Shown here piece after piece: positions 24,480 to 37,789 of a stretch of 64,000 nucleotides of DNA. The notes under the pieces were generated by a model. It made no database searches, was not told where the DNA came from, and saw only the letters and a list, made by a program, of their open reading frames with translations. The number at the start of each line of letters is the position of its first letter. Position 1 is the stretch's first letter. Position numbers and translations under genes: made by a program. The stretch spans positions 13,950,001-14,014,000 of the forward strand of contig NC_043013.1 of assembly GCF_006345805.1 (NCBI RefSeq), given 5' to 3'. This DNA is from Octopus sinensis (lineage: Eukaryota).

Positions 24480-26190
24480 TGGTTGTTCTTTGCGACGGTT
24501 CACAGCAAAAGTCTGTCTGTCCTCAGTTTCTAACTGCCTGTCCGCGAAATCTTCCCCTATTCAGCTAAGAGTGAGTACTAAGCTACGTTGTGGGGCTGCT
24601 GCTTATACCACTAGGGCGTTCACCAACTTGCTCTCTGAGTCCCGAAATGTCATCCTCAAAATAAACCTTAGAAATGCCTCCAATTCCATCAGTCTGGACG
24701 TCAACCTCCGTGCAGTATGGGAGAATTCCATACAACCGTATCCCTTTGTTTAGCAAGCCTATCTCTCCTTTGGTGATCACCTCACACCATCTGCCTCTTG
24801 AGTGCAACAGAGTGACCCACTTGGTTCTGCTCTATTCGTACAGGGTATTGACGATGTTACCAAAATGATAGCCGACCGAGACTTAAGTGTCTGGTACTTC
24901 GATGACGCTTGATTGGGAGGCTCTCCTGATAAGATACTTGCAACTGCGAGGACAATGATTGAGGAACTTGGTTGTAGGAATTTTGGATTAACAGCTCCAA
25001 ATGTGAGCTCCAGCTCCTCAAACATCCAGCTTCGCATGAACAGATTATTAAACTATTTGTTGATTGCTCCTCCCTCTATCACGGCCCCTCCTTCATCAGC
25101 ATGGTGCTCCCTCAGAACCTCAATAACTGACCTAGTTTTCGAGTCCATCTTTCGATCCAACATGGCTAACGCCGAACAACTTTTTAAAAATCTAGAGGTT
25201 ATTGAGCCCCACCAAGGTTTTTCTGATACTTAGAAATTACTTGTCAATTCCTAAGCTGTTGTATTTTCTGAGAGTTAGTGCTCGTCTCTATCTCTTCCCT
25301 ATTTACATTCCTCCATCCACGCTTGCCCCTCCCTTTAAGTAAGCAACATCCTCTCCTTTCCAGCATGGATTAATTCCAACAGGGAGATGGACGAAGATCT
25401 GTGACAGTGGAGGGAGATGGGTTTGTCAGTTCCTGTTACAGTTAAGGATAGACGGAAGCAGAGAGCATTTGGCAATCTGCGTCAATCAGGTGTCACTTTC
25501 AACTCTCTCTTTGCTCATTCAAGATGTCGCCTGCTTTCAACTACTGCAAAATTCTCGGGGGACTAGAATGATGTCCTACCTGTGACCAATATTGGACATC
25601 TACTCAGTCTGGATGAATTCTGCATCTCAGAGTGGGAACTGACGTCTGTAGGGACTGAGGTGCCGCTGTGGTAGGCCCCTTGACCCCACAGACTTTCACG
25701 GTCTGTCTTGCCACCTAAATGCTGGACGCTTTGCTCGTCACACCGACCTAAACTTAATCATTAAGAAGGCCCTAACTCGGATTAATAGCCCCTCAGTTCT
25801 GGAGCCGTTGGGGTTATCCAGAAGTTATAGAAAGATACCAGATGGTCTTACTCTTTGTTTCTGGGTTAGAGGTAGATGCCTATCTTGGACGTCACAGTCT
25901 GTGATTCTTTGGTTCCCTCCTACATTCTGGGAGAGTCACTGTTTTCGTAGCCGAACGGAACAAAATTCTGAAGTATCGGGATTTGGCAGTGAACTCTCTC
26001 TTTCAGCCTGTGGCGTTTGAGACGTTTGGAGGGACTGGGTCACTAACAGCGAAGTTCTTGTCATCGTTGGCAACTCACCTCACTGAACTACAAGGCGATG
26101 TCCGTGAGAGTACTTGGTTTTTCTAACGCCTTAGCCTCGCCATCGCCCGTGATAATGCCGCAAGAGTGTTGACTCGCTTCAGTAGGTTCC
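24480..26190 (+). mobile_element. CRE-clade non-LTR retrotransposon (RT plus Zn finger plus restriction-like endonuclease), decayed and internally deleted
   Basis: RRFTAKV...SPIQL.V.TKL.C.AA...ILKINLRNA.NSI; GVQQSDPLGSALF; WYFDDA.LGG; CRCGRPLDPTDFHGLSCHLNAGRFARH; EP.GL...KIPDGLT...W..G; AERNKILKY...FQPVAFETFG...QRLSLAIAR.NAA. Confidence 0.88.
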
Positions 26191-27299
26191 GTTGAACCTT
26201 GTGACGAGCGACCAATTGACGCTCTTGGTGCTGCACTTGTGTGTCTTCTTCTCTCTCGTTTTTCCTTTCTCCCTTTTACTTTTTTCCGTTTCTTTCTTTT
26301 CTTTTTCTTTTGTAAAAACTTCTATTCTGAAAGAATCATGACCACAGTTTAGGATTTGTATTTTAATGTGGTTTTGTATTATTCATATATTATGTACGTA
26401 TGTGTTACAATGTATGACTAATCCAAAATAAATAAACATTACATTTCTTGTTTCCGTCCATACTTTCCCTCCATAGTATGGAAGTTTGAAGTATACACAT
26501 TCTTTCTTTCTTTCGATCGTCGCTCATGTGGCTGTTGTTGTTTTTGTGGTCACTGTGGTGGTTGATGTAGTTGTTATAGTGGTTGCTAGTGTTGCCTCTG
26601 TTGTTGCTGTTCTAGCTTTTGTTGTAGTAGTCGAAATGGTTGTTGGTGTAGTTGCTGCTGTTGTTATTGTTGTTGTAGCCACCGTCGACATTATCGTCAC
26701 TGATCGTCGGCCGTCGTTGTATCTGTGGTTGTTGCTGTGTTGTTGTTGTAGTTGATGGTTCTTTTCGTGCCCTCGTCATGCTCGTGTGCTTTGAGTGTTT
26801 CACTCTTTGTCTTTGAACTTAGGTCTGTATCCTCTCAAGTACAGCACCTTAATTTTACCAATGTGCTATCGGATCATCAACACAAATTAGACTAAACAAG
26901 GAAACATTCTTCATTGAAAAGTAAAGTACAAGCCCAACTTAACCATCCCAACATACTGATATAGAGAAATTCACACCAAGGGAAGGAAAAAAATTTAAGC
27001 GATTATCTCCCTTACACCGGAAGAAATCACTCATTACCTCCCCTTATTTAGAACTCTTTTGAACATAAACATAACGATAACCCTGTTCAACATAAACATA
27101 ACGTCGCAAGAAATTTGAAAAGCTAAACGCGAAACCGGTCTTTCTTCTAACTACGTCATTATAAGAGAAAAAAATTTTTTTAATATTCTTCAGACATATT
27201 GACGCAAATATATATTTTTTACATTTAAGCCTTCTGTAGTTTTTTCACTTTTTACTATTTTCTATATATTCAACCAGGTGCTTTCACAAAACCAACTTT

Positions 27300-27770
27300 C
27301 TTATCTATATATATATATATTATATATATATTATAATATATATATCTATATATATATATATATGTATGTATATGTATATATATATGTATATATATATATG
27401 TATATATATATATGTATATATGGTATTATATATATATGTATATAATATATATGTATATATATAATATATGTATATATATATATATGTATATATATATATG
27501 TATATATATATATGTAATATATATATGTATATATATGTATATATATATATATATATGTAAATATATATATATATATGTATATATGTATATATATTAGTAT
27601 ATATATATATGATATATATATATATGTATAGATATATGTATATAGATATATATATATATATGATATATATCTATATATATATATATATATATATATATGT
27701 AAATATAATATATGTATATATATATATAAGTATATTATATATATATATATATATATATAATATATTATAC

Positions 27771-27852
<82 letters not shown>

Positions 27853-27890
27853 ATATATATATTCTATATATATATATATATACATATATA
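27300..27890. repeat. Compound (TA)n microsatellite
   Basis: Seen directly. Confidence 0.98.
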
Positions 27891-30800
27891 TGTAGTGCGC
27901 AGTAACCCACAAATGGCCAGCTTCACCCAGATGTGAGACGGGCAGCAGCTGAACAGCAATCTTTTTTGTGCATGGCACAAAAAATTGTTCCAGCTGACCT
28001 GGCTACAAGCAGCAAAGCGGAACCACCACCACATAAGGCCACCACCAACAGAGACAGGATGGCCACCACAGACACCACACCAACACACACACCACAAAAA
28101 TATTTCTACTGAACGTAGGAAGGCTGCTGCGCGGAAACTGTAAAAGGAAAATCTCATTCCTGAGAGACCTTGTGACATGCAATCAAGCTATATGCATGGC
28201 ACTCACAGAAACGCATCTTGAACCCGGTATAGGCGATGCAGAAATACACATGCCGCAATATGCAGTCATTCGCACAGATAGAAAAGGGAGGAGCCATGGC
28301 GGAGTTGCAATGTACATCCGAGATGACCTCACGCCCCAGGTCCTGTTGTCATATTCAAACTCAGTGTGTGAAACTCAAATTGTACACATAAGACAACTGA
28401 ACATCGTCATATGCACTACATATCGCCCACCAGATGCCCCAAATCACTCAGGCATGTTTGAAGACTGCCTAACAAAAATAGGAGAAGTCCTCACCAACCT
28501 TGAACAACACAACAGTGTATTCTTCATGGGTGACTTTAACCTCCCCAATGTGGAATGGCCTGGGGGGCAGATGCTCCCAGGGATGACACACCATCAGCAG
28601 GCACATGTAGAGTCGCTGCTCCATCTCACAAATGCCTCTTTCATGAAGCAAATAGTTCTGCAACCAACAAGGGAAGATAATATACTGGACTCTGCTTCAC
28701 AAACAATATGGATATTATCCATAATGTTAATGTGATGCCGACAATGATCTCGGATCACAACATAATAGAGCTGTCTATGTATGGAACAAAACCCCCCGTA
28801 GACACACAGCCTATACGAAGCATCCGCCATCTCTCCAACTTGAACTTTCATAGAGCAAACTGGAAGTTGATTGAGAAAGAGATCCTCAAACAGGATTGGC
28901 CTAAATGTCTCTCCGCACCGGACATATGAAACACAAATACTTCATGTCCATAATACAAGCCATATGTAACAAATATGTCCCAGAGTGCAGGGCCAGCACA
29001 CACAAAAACAAAAACAGGATCCCTAGAGAAAGGAAGATTCTTATGAGACGACGGACAAGGATTGCGAACCGCCTGAGCAAGCACACCAAAAGTGGTGAGA
29101 AGTCTCGGCTCGAGAGAATGCTAATGGAAACTGAGAAAAGTCTGCATCAGTCCCATGAAAAGGAGAGAGCAGATAAAGAAGCTTGGGTAATAGAGAATAT
29201 AAAATCAAACCCTAAAGCTTTCTTTAAGTTTGCCAAAGAGACAGCCACAGTGCACCAGAGAATAGGACCTCTCTTCCAAAAAGATGGCTCTCCCACAGGA
29301 AATCCCACGAAGATAAGTGAAATACTGAACGAACAATTCCCAAGTGTGTTCACTACACCTCTAGGACACAGGCAAGTAAACAATCCAGAAGAATTCTTTG
29401 CCACTTTACTGCGGCCAAAGAGGCAAAATTGAGTACATCAACATCGAAGATGATGATATCACACTAGCCATAGATGAGATTGACACAAACTCAGCTGCTG
29501 GACCTGATGGATTCCAGCGATCCTTCTCAAATCGTGCAAACGAGCCCTGCAAAACCGCTACAGCTTCTTTTTCAGAGCTTTCTTGCAAGTGGTAAGCTCC
29601 AGTCAAATTGAAAGAGGGGAATATGCCCTATCCATAAGGGAGGTAGTAGAGCAGATGCTAAAAATTATAGGCCTATCTCTCTGACCTCACACATCAGCAA
29701 AGTCATGGAACGAATAGTCCGTAAGAAACTAATCATGTTCCTTGAAGAAAATGACTTGCTGTCTGACACCCAGCATGGATTTCGACCAGGTAGAAGCTGC
29801 CTAACACAGCTCCTGCAACACTATGACTGGGTGTTGAAACAGCTACTAAATGGCTCAAATGTGGATGTAATATATCTCGACTTTGCAAAAGCCTTTGATA
29901 AGGTCGACCATGGTATGATCTGTCACAAACTGCGTGGTCTCGGCATAGGCGGAAAACTTGAAGAGTGGCTGCACAACTTCCTAAAAGACAGAAAACAGGC
30001 AGTTGTGAGCAATGGAACCACCTCCAAGGAAACACAAATAACAAGCGGTGTCCCACGGGGCACTGTCTTGGGGCCACTGATGTTCATAGTGGCCCTTTCA
30101 GACATGCCTTCAGTTGCTACGATGACCACCCTTGCTAGCTATGCAGATGACACAAAAGTCTCCCACACAATACAAAACCCTGAAAATGTTGCGCATCTGC
30201 AACAGGAGTTGGACACAATATACAGGTGGGCTGAGGACAACAACATGCAGTTTAATGCAGGTAAGTTCCAGGCCCTGCGCTACTGGCACACACAGGTAAA
30301 CGACATGCAGACTGGATACACTGGCCCAGGAAGAACTGCAATCCATGAGTCAAAATCAGTGCATGACCTGGGCATTGACATGAGCAATGATGCATCTTTT
30401 CAAGTGCATATTGCTAATTTGGTGATAAAATGCAGACGGCTAGCTGGATGGATTCTCCGAACTTTCAGAACAAGAGAGAAGGAGACACTGATGGTCCTAT
30501 GGAAAACATTCGTCCTCAGCCGCTTGGACTACTGCTCCCAATTGTGGTCACCACACAATATAAAACTAACAGCAGAACTCGAAGCAATTCAGAGAAGCTA
30601 CACAAAGAAAATCGTCTCAATGCAAAATATCAGCTACTGGGAAAGACTGAAAGTATTAAACCTCTTCTCGTTAGAGATATGCGGTGATATACATCTGGAA
30701 AATCCTGGAGGGCCTTGTCCCAAACTTTGGCATTCAAAGTTACACCAACTGCAGAACGGGGCGCCACTGCATGGTGCCAAGGATTCCAACATCACCATCA

Positions 30801-31113
30801 AAGTACAGGTCCAGATACTGCAACAGCTTGGGTTTCAGAGGACCACTGCTCTTTAACATCCTCCCTAAATGCCTGAGAGACTTACATGGTGTGGATGTGA
30901 GTTTCTTTAAAACTAAACTGGATCTCTTCTTGTCGGGAGTCCCAGATGAACCTACCTCACGACAGGAGACGCAGATGCGGGCAGCAGTATCGAACTCCCT
31001 TGTTGATAAAGTGCCACGTATCAGAGGTGGATTCACAAATTAGTGTAGCTCATTCAGCGGTGGTGACCCAGCATGGCCACGGCCTTTGGGCTAAAACATT
31101 TTTAAGGATTTAA

Positions 31114-31116
<3 letters not shown>
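27891..31116 (+). mobile_element. CR1/L2-group LINE, near-complete ORF2 (APE plus RT) with 3' tail, several frameshifts
   Basis: IFLLNV...ALTETHL...IRTDRKGRSHGGVAMYI...YRPP...MGDFNLP...PTREDNILD...SDHN (APE); QHGFRPGRSCLTQLL...VIYLDFAKAFDKVDH...SGVPRGTVLGPLMF...YADDTK (RT, ORF 29705-30856); 3' stem-loop tail cccagcatggccacggcctttgggctaaaac then aaggattt repeats. (TA)n on both sides. Confidence 0.93.
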
Positions 31117-31156
<40 letters not shown>

Positions 31157-31193
31157 ATATGTATATATGTATATATATATGTATATATATATG

Positions 31194-31224
<31 letters not shown>

Positions 31225-31357
31225 GTATATATATATGTATGTATATATGTATATATATATATGTAATATATATATATATATATGTTATGTATATTTGTAT
31301 ATATATATGTATATGTATTATATATATGTATATATATATATATGTATATATATGTAT

Positions 31358-31392
<35 letters not shown>

Positions 31393-31419
31393 GTATATTA
31401 TATATATATATTATATATG

Positions 31420-31474
<55 letters not shown>

Positions 31475-31616
31475 GTATATATATATATATGTATATAATA
31501 TATGTATATATATATATATGTATATATATATGTATATATATGTAATATATATATGTATTATATATATATATATATATTATATATATATATATATACATAA
31601 TATATATATATATATA

Positions 31617-31649
<33 letters not shown>

Positions 31650-31657
31650 AATACATA

Positions 31658-31689
<32 letters not shown>

Positions 31690-31841
31690 CATATATATTA
31701 TATATACATATATATATATACATATATATATAATATATACATATATATATACATATATACATATATATATATACATATATTATACATATATATATACATA
31801 TATATATACAAATATACATACATATATACATATATACATAC

Positions 31842-31873
<32 letters not shown>

Positions 31874-31971
31874 ATACATATATACATACATATATATACA
31901 TATATACATACATATATATATATTATATACATATATACATACATATATATATACATATATACATACATATA
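31117..31971. repeat. Compound (TA)n microsatellite, TATG-type left and TACA-type right
   Basis: Seen directly. Confidence 0.98.
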
Positions 31972-32445
31972 TAAATATCGGTACATAGTTGTGCCATTTA
32001 TTTACTAATTTGTGTATTTTTCCCTCACGGGCTACTTTTTACTGGAAGGCAATACTTTGTATTGCATTACTGATATTTTGAAACTTCTTCACCGTTTCTC
32101 GTACTGTTAGCGTTACGCATTTCAGTCGTGTGTGTTAGTATTAATGTGGTAACATCGTAGATTTCGTCTTGGTATATGCTTGGCTGATGAAGATAAAACA
32201 AAATATGGGTGAGAGACATATCTTGTAAAATCTGAAACCTGCAGGTCCCACATTATCCTTTTCCGGGTGTTTCATCTTTCAGATGTTCTCCCTGGAGGTA
32301 AGACGGTTTTTTTTCTCTAATTTGTTGCACACACGCATTTTTGCTAATACATACGCGGTGAAGCTACACATTAGCGTTGTATTTTTACGTTCGCTATTTC
32401 CAGTAAATATCGGTACTTAGTTGTGCCATTTATTTACTAATTTGT
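31972..32445 (+). mobile_element. ORF-less 432-bp retro-unit with 42-bp terminal direct repeat, hammerhead and intron-like signals (solo PLE pLTR / retrozyme-like)
   Basis: taaatatcggtac(a/t)tagttgtgccatttatttactaatttgt at 31972-32013 and 32404-32445; hammerhead 32181-32250; GAG|GTAAGA at 32297/8 and tttccAG at 32403. Confidence 0.7.
32181..32250 (+). ncRNA. Type I hammerhead ribozyme with long interrupted stem II
   Basis: tgg-CTGATGA-agat aaa acaa a atatg/ggtgagaga/catat c ttgt aaa atct-GAAA-cc tgca gg-TC-cca. Full core, GUC triplet at 32245-32247, 10-nt palindrome ACCTGCAGGT; stem I extendable (atg:cat). Confidence 0.88.
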
Positions 32446-32465
32446 ATATATATAATATATATATA

Positions 32466-32519
<54 letters not shown>

Positions 32520-32534
32520 GTATATATATATATG

Positions 32535-32590
<56 letters not shown>

Positions 32591-32596
32591 ATATAT

Positions 32597-35045
32597 ACTA
32601 CGCAGTGGCGCCCGGTTCTGGCATTTGTGTGACTCTCGATGCCAAAGTTTGGGACAAGTCCTTCCAGGATCATCCAGATATATATTATGGCATATCTTTC
32701 TCGCCTACGCTCCAGGGAATAGAGCTTTAATCTCTTGAGTCTTTCCCAGTAGCTTATATGCTGCACAGAGGCTATCTTCTTCGTGTAGCTTCGTTGGATC
32801 GCCTCAAGTTTTGTGATCAACTTGACACTGGATGGTGACCATAGCTGAGAGCAATAGTCAAAGTGGCTTAGGACAAGTGTCTTCCAGAGGACCGTCATGG
32901 TTTCTTGTTCTCTTGTTCTAAAGGTTCTAAGAATCCATCCGGCCAGCCGTCTACATTTCATTGCCAGTTTAGCAGCATGTACATGAAAGGTCGCGTCATC
33001 ACTCATGTGAATACCCAGGTCACGCACTGATTGTGCCTCTGGGATTGCAATCCCTCCGGGTCCAGTGTATTCATTGGGTATTGCATTCAGTTTTGCATGC
33101 TGATAGCATAAAGCTTGAAACTTTTCAGCATTGAACTGCATGCTATTCTTTTCAGCCCACTTGTATATTTTGTCCAGCTCACATTGCAGGTGCTTAGTGT
33201 CTTCAGGGTTCTGTATTGCCTGTGAAATTTTTGTACCATCTGTATAACTTGTGGTCGTGGCTCTCTGCGTGGCTGAGGGCATGTCTGAGAGGGCCATTAT
33301 GAACTGTAGTGGTCCCAAAACAGTGCCCTGAGGAACACCGCTCACTATTTGCGTGTTAATGGAAGTGGCCCCATTGGCTACTACCACCTGACTTCTATTC
33401 TTCAGAAAGTCATGAAGCCATTCTCCCAATTTTCCAAATATGCCAAGATCACGCAGTTTGTGACATATCATTCCATGATCGACTTTATCAAAGGCCTTTG
33501 CAAAGTCGAGATATATCACTTCCACATTTGAGTGGTTGAGCAGTCGTTTCAGCACCCAGTCATAGTGTTGTAGGAGCTGAGTTAAGCAGCTTCTTCCTGG
33601 TCGGAAACCATGTTGGGTGTCAGGCAGCAAGCCATTTTCTTCGAGGAAGGTGATTAGTTTCCTTCTGACTATTCGTTCCATGACCTTGCTGATGTGTGAG
33701 GTCAGAGAGATAGGTCTGTAGTTCTTGGCCTCCGCTCTGCTACCTCCTTTATGAATAGGGCATATTTTACCTTCCTTCAGTTTTCTTGGAAGTTTGCCAG
33801 TTGCAAGGAAGCTCTGAAAGAGAGACTGCAGTGGTCTTGCTAGGACTCTCTTACATACTTTTAGAAGGATTGCCGGGAATCCATCGGGGCCAGTAGCTGA
33901 GTTTGTTTTCATCTCATCTATAGCCTTTATAACATCGTCTTCCTTTATATTGATGTAATCAATTATCGCCGCCTCTGACACCATATCTGCAGTGGTGAAG
34001 AAGTCAGTTGGATTGCTGATTTAGAAATGCCCAAGGGTTGGGGTGAAAACACTCTTGAATTGCTCATTTAGTATTTCACTTACCCTCATTGGATTTCCTG
34101 TCTGTGTGCCATCCCTTTCAAGGAGTGGCCCTATCCTACAGTGCACCGTAGCTGTTTCTTTGGCATACCTGTAGAAAGCTCTGGGTTAGATTTTATGTTG
34201 TCTATAGCCCAGGCTTCTTTGTCTGCTCTTTCCTTTTCATGGGAGAGTTGCAGACATTTTTCAATTTCCAACAGTTTCATTTTCAGGCGGGACTTTTCAT
34301 TGCTTTCAATTTGTTTGTTTAGGCGATTTGAGATTTTTGTACGCCGACTCATTAGAATTTTCCTCTCTCTGGGGATTTTGTTCTTGTGTACAGTGGCCTT
34401 TCTCTCTGGGACACATTTGTAGCATATGGCTTGCATTACAGACATGAATTGTTGAAGTTTCATGTCGATGTCTGGCGAGGAGAGACATTTAGGCCAGTTT
34501 TGTTTGAGGATCTCTTTCTCAATTTGTTTCCAGTTTGCCTTATTGAAGTTCAAGCTGGAAAGATTCTGAGAGTTTCTTGAAGGCTGCATGTCCATGCTTT
34601 CCTTTGGCCCGTACATGGTCAGCTCTACCATGTTGTGATCCGAGAGTAGTGTCGGTGTCACTTTCACATTATGGATGAGATCCATATTATTTGTGAAGCA
34701 GAGATCCAGTGTGTTACCTGCCCCGGTTGGTTGGAGTATTACTTGTTCCATGTACATAGTGTTGATGAGGTTCAGGAGGGACCTCGCCTGTCCTCGTTCA
34801 CATCGTGTCATTCCTGGGAGAGAAAGGCCTTCGGGCCATCTGACATTGGGTAGATTGAAGTCTCCCATGGGAAGTACACTTATGTGTTGTTCTAGTGGGA
34901 CTAGAACTTCTATTTTTATAACGCAGTCTTCAAACTTGCCCATATGGCTTGGGGCATCTGGAGGGCGATATGTAGCACACACAACTACACCAAGTTGCCT
35001 TACATGTACAATTAGTGTGTCACCCACCGAGTTTGAGTTGAGTAT
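32597..35045 (-). mobile_element. CR1/L2-group LINE, 5'- and 3'-truncated, long open RT reading frame
   Basis: ORF 34131-35027 (APE: YRPP, MGDFNLP, NTLDLCFTNN, SDHN) and ORF 32437-33984 (RT: KNYRPISLTS, QHGFRPGRSC, YLDFAKAFDKV, SGVPQGTVLGP). I see one frameshift (~34175) and one stop (~34020) between them. Paralogue of 27891-31116. Confidence 0.93.
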
Positions 35046-35346
35046 TTTTAACGCCTCCCACCCCCACCCCCAGAAGTAGAGGTAGGCTGGATTGTAGCCA
35101 TACTTCTATACAAGAGGGTGGACAAGTTACAATTGATCGAAATTACAAGAGACGGGCTAACAATTCCAGTCTGTTATATATTTTGAGTATTGTTATCACT
35201 AGCGATATCAAGATATAACTTTGTATTTTGTATTTTATGTGTAGATGTATATATATAGATGTACATGTAATATGTACACATATATATACACATATATACA
35301 TGCACTAGCACTATGACCCGGCAACGACGGGTCTTTAATGCTAGTA
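35046..35346 (-). mobile_element. Non-autonomous Helitron/Helentron-like element, 5' 300 bp only
   Basis: Starts TACTAGC-attaaagacccgtcgttgccgggtc (hairpin); same start as 52210 and 62979. Confidence 0.7.
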
Positions 35347-35354
35347 TATATATA

Positions 35355-35510
35355 TATGTCTGACTTTCAGTTTCTGTCTACCAAATTCACTCACAAGGCT
35401 TTGGTCTGCCTGAGGCTATAGTAGAAGACAATCACCCAAGATGCAACGCCGTGAGACTGAATCCGGAACCGTTTGGTAGGGAAGCAAGCTTCTTACCCCA
35501 CAGCCACAGG
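35355..35510 (-). mobile_element. SINE family B head half (part of the inverted duplication)
   Basis: Reverse complement matches 52045-52200. Confidence 0.8.
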
Positions 35511-37789
35511 AGAAATAGAACTCAATGCATGGAAAAGAGCAAAAAAAAGAAACAAAGTTATCCTGATGGCCCAGAGTATCGTCCATGACTGTGACATGCA
35601 CAAAACCTTGAACCCTTGAGTCACTTGCGTAAATTTTCTGCCGTCGAAATACACACAAACACACGCACATATACACACACTACATACTCCCATACACACA
35701 CACACAGTCCACGCACTCACATATACTGAAGCTCAGCAAAGTGAAGTAGAAAGCTAATTAAGATGGAGGTTAAGAATTGCAAAGACTGAATATAAATAAG
35801 AGAAAGAGAGAGTAGAGGAAAGAGAGAGAGAGTGAGTAAGTGAGAGAGAGAGAGAAAGTGGTGGTTGAGGGCATTTTAGAAATCAGATATGATGGGAGGA
35901 AAATTTTGTGGAAATACATAAGAAAACTAGACACGCCTTATATTGTACATAGACAAACACATGCACGCACGCATACACACACACACACACACAAGCATGT
36001 GTGCGTGAGCGTGTGTGTGTACGTGTGCGTGTGTGCGTATAGACGGGCAGACAAGTACCACACATATCCGTGTCTGTATGTCTGTCTGAATATGTACATC
36101 TATATGAGTGTGTGTGTTTATGTATGTGTGTATGGAGAGAAGGCACCTAACGGAAAGAGCATATGAGGAAAGATGGAAGGATGTAGTAAGGAAGTTGGGA
36201 GCGAATGTCCCTACATAACTCATCCAGGGTAAAAAGAAAAGGTGTAGCTGTTGGAACTTAAAGTAATATCAAAATTTTAAAAAAATATTACATAAGTCAT
36301 TTTAATATATTTTTATTAAAAAAAAACTCGCTAAATAAACTCTTTTAAATGTTTGTAGTGTCCTGTGTTGTCCCTTCTATGTTTGATTGTATAATCGTAA
36401 TAAAGAGAATTACTACAGTGATATATCTATTCTTTCTATTTACAGTACCATTTACATCCGTTACAGTACTATTAGTTGGTTTCACACTATTACTTCTGCT
36501 TCATCCATTTTCATTTCTGGCTCAATTTTTCCAGGTATGATATTTACTGTCTTTATTTCAGTTGTTGCTGTTGTTGTTGGTGGTGGTATTACTATTATTA
36601 TTATTATTATTGTTATTGTTATTATTGTTGTTGTTGTTGTTATTATTATCATTATTAAATGGACTAATCCCTCCAAATTTCAAGCCATGTGCCTATAGTA
36701 GAAAGGTTGTTATTATTAAGGGCAGAGACCTGGCTGAATTGTTAGCACACTGGGCAAAATGCTTAGCAGCATATTTAGAAATATTTGATACGATGTGATA
36801 TCGAAACTATGATATTTGCTGTTTTATCACATGAAATGATATTCATTCTCCATTCTAAACTATTTGATATTCTCTTTGATTTTCTGGTCCTGAATGTCTT
36901 ATAATCATTCTGCACCAATTTACAAACATGAACTTCAAATTCCTGCTGCTGCCAGACCAGTTTACTGGTATCTTGCACAATGCAGTATTAATAAACTTGA
37001 TATCTTCTAAAATATAAATTGAAATATGAAATAGAATTTATTCTTACGTATGCATTGACTGTGGATACTAGCTCATAATTTTCACATTATATGCATATAA
37101 GCCATGGGCTGGTGGTCTATTCACCTTTAATTTGATTTGGGTACATGATATTAATAAGTCATAATAATAACAAAACATCGATGTTTATCACTCCTGAATG
37201 GGATCTGGGGTGAGTTATCTCACCTTCCCGTGATTTTCAGGTGTTTTAACAGTTGACACCTTGAGGAAGTAATCTCTACTAGGCCAAGTGAAGTCCTACT
37301 GGCAAATACACAAAGCATGTACTTTAAGTATGTGTACTTACTTGTACTTGTGGCGACATTCACCCTGGGCGGGTTGAGTGGGCTTCTTCTACCACCCTCA
37401 AGGCATTGTATTCGCCATTGAGAATTCATGTAAGAAGTTTTGTAGGAATATGTGGATTTGACAAGCGGTCCCCAACAATCCCGCATGTAGAGACATCCTG
37501 TTTGCCGCAGATTGTCCGCAGACGCAGGGGCAGAACGACCGAGGAGCTGCCGGTTGTCGAAACAGACACTCCGAGGGTTTTCACCAGAGCCCCGTCTGCT
37601 GGGTTGTGGCCCTAATACTACTCGGTGTCAGACCAATCCGCCTTGGGTGGCCCTACCAGGAACCGAATTTTCCAACGGCATAGCTCTGACACTACCCGTT
37701 GGTGATCTGTTCTTGTAAGGGTACATACATTGAGTCCTGGGGTAAATAATTACCTTGGGAGCCACCATCTGAAATGATAAATATACATC

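Larger units (their letters stand above)
35046..36132 (-). repeat. Inverted segmental duplication, copy 1 (partner 51417-52505)
   Basis: Colinear reverse-complement match including non-repeat sequence (e.g. gtggtggttgagggcattttagaaatcagatatgatgggagg). Confidence 0.95.
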
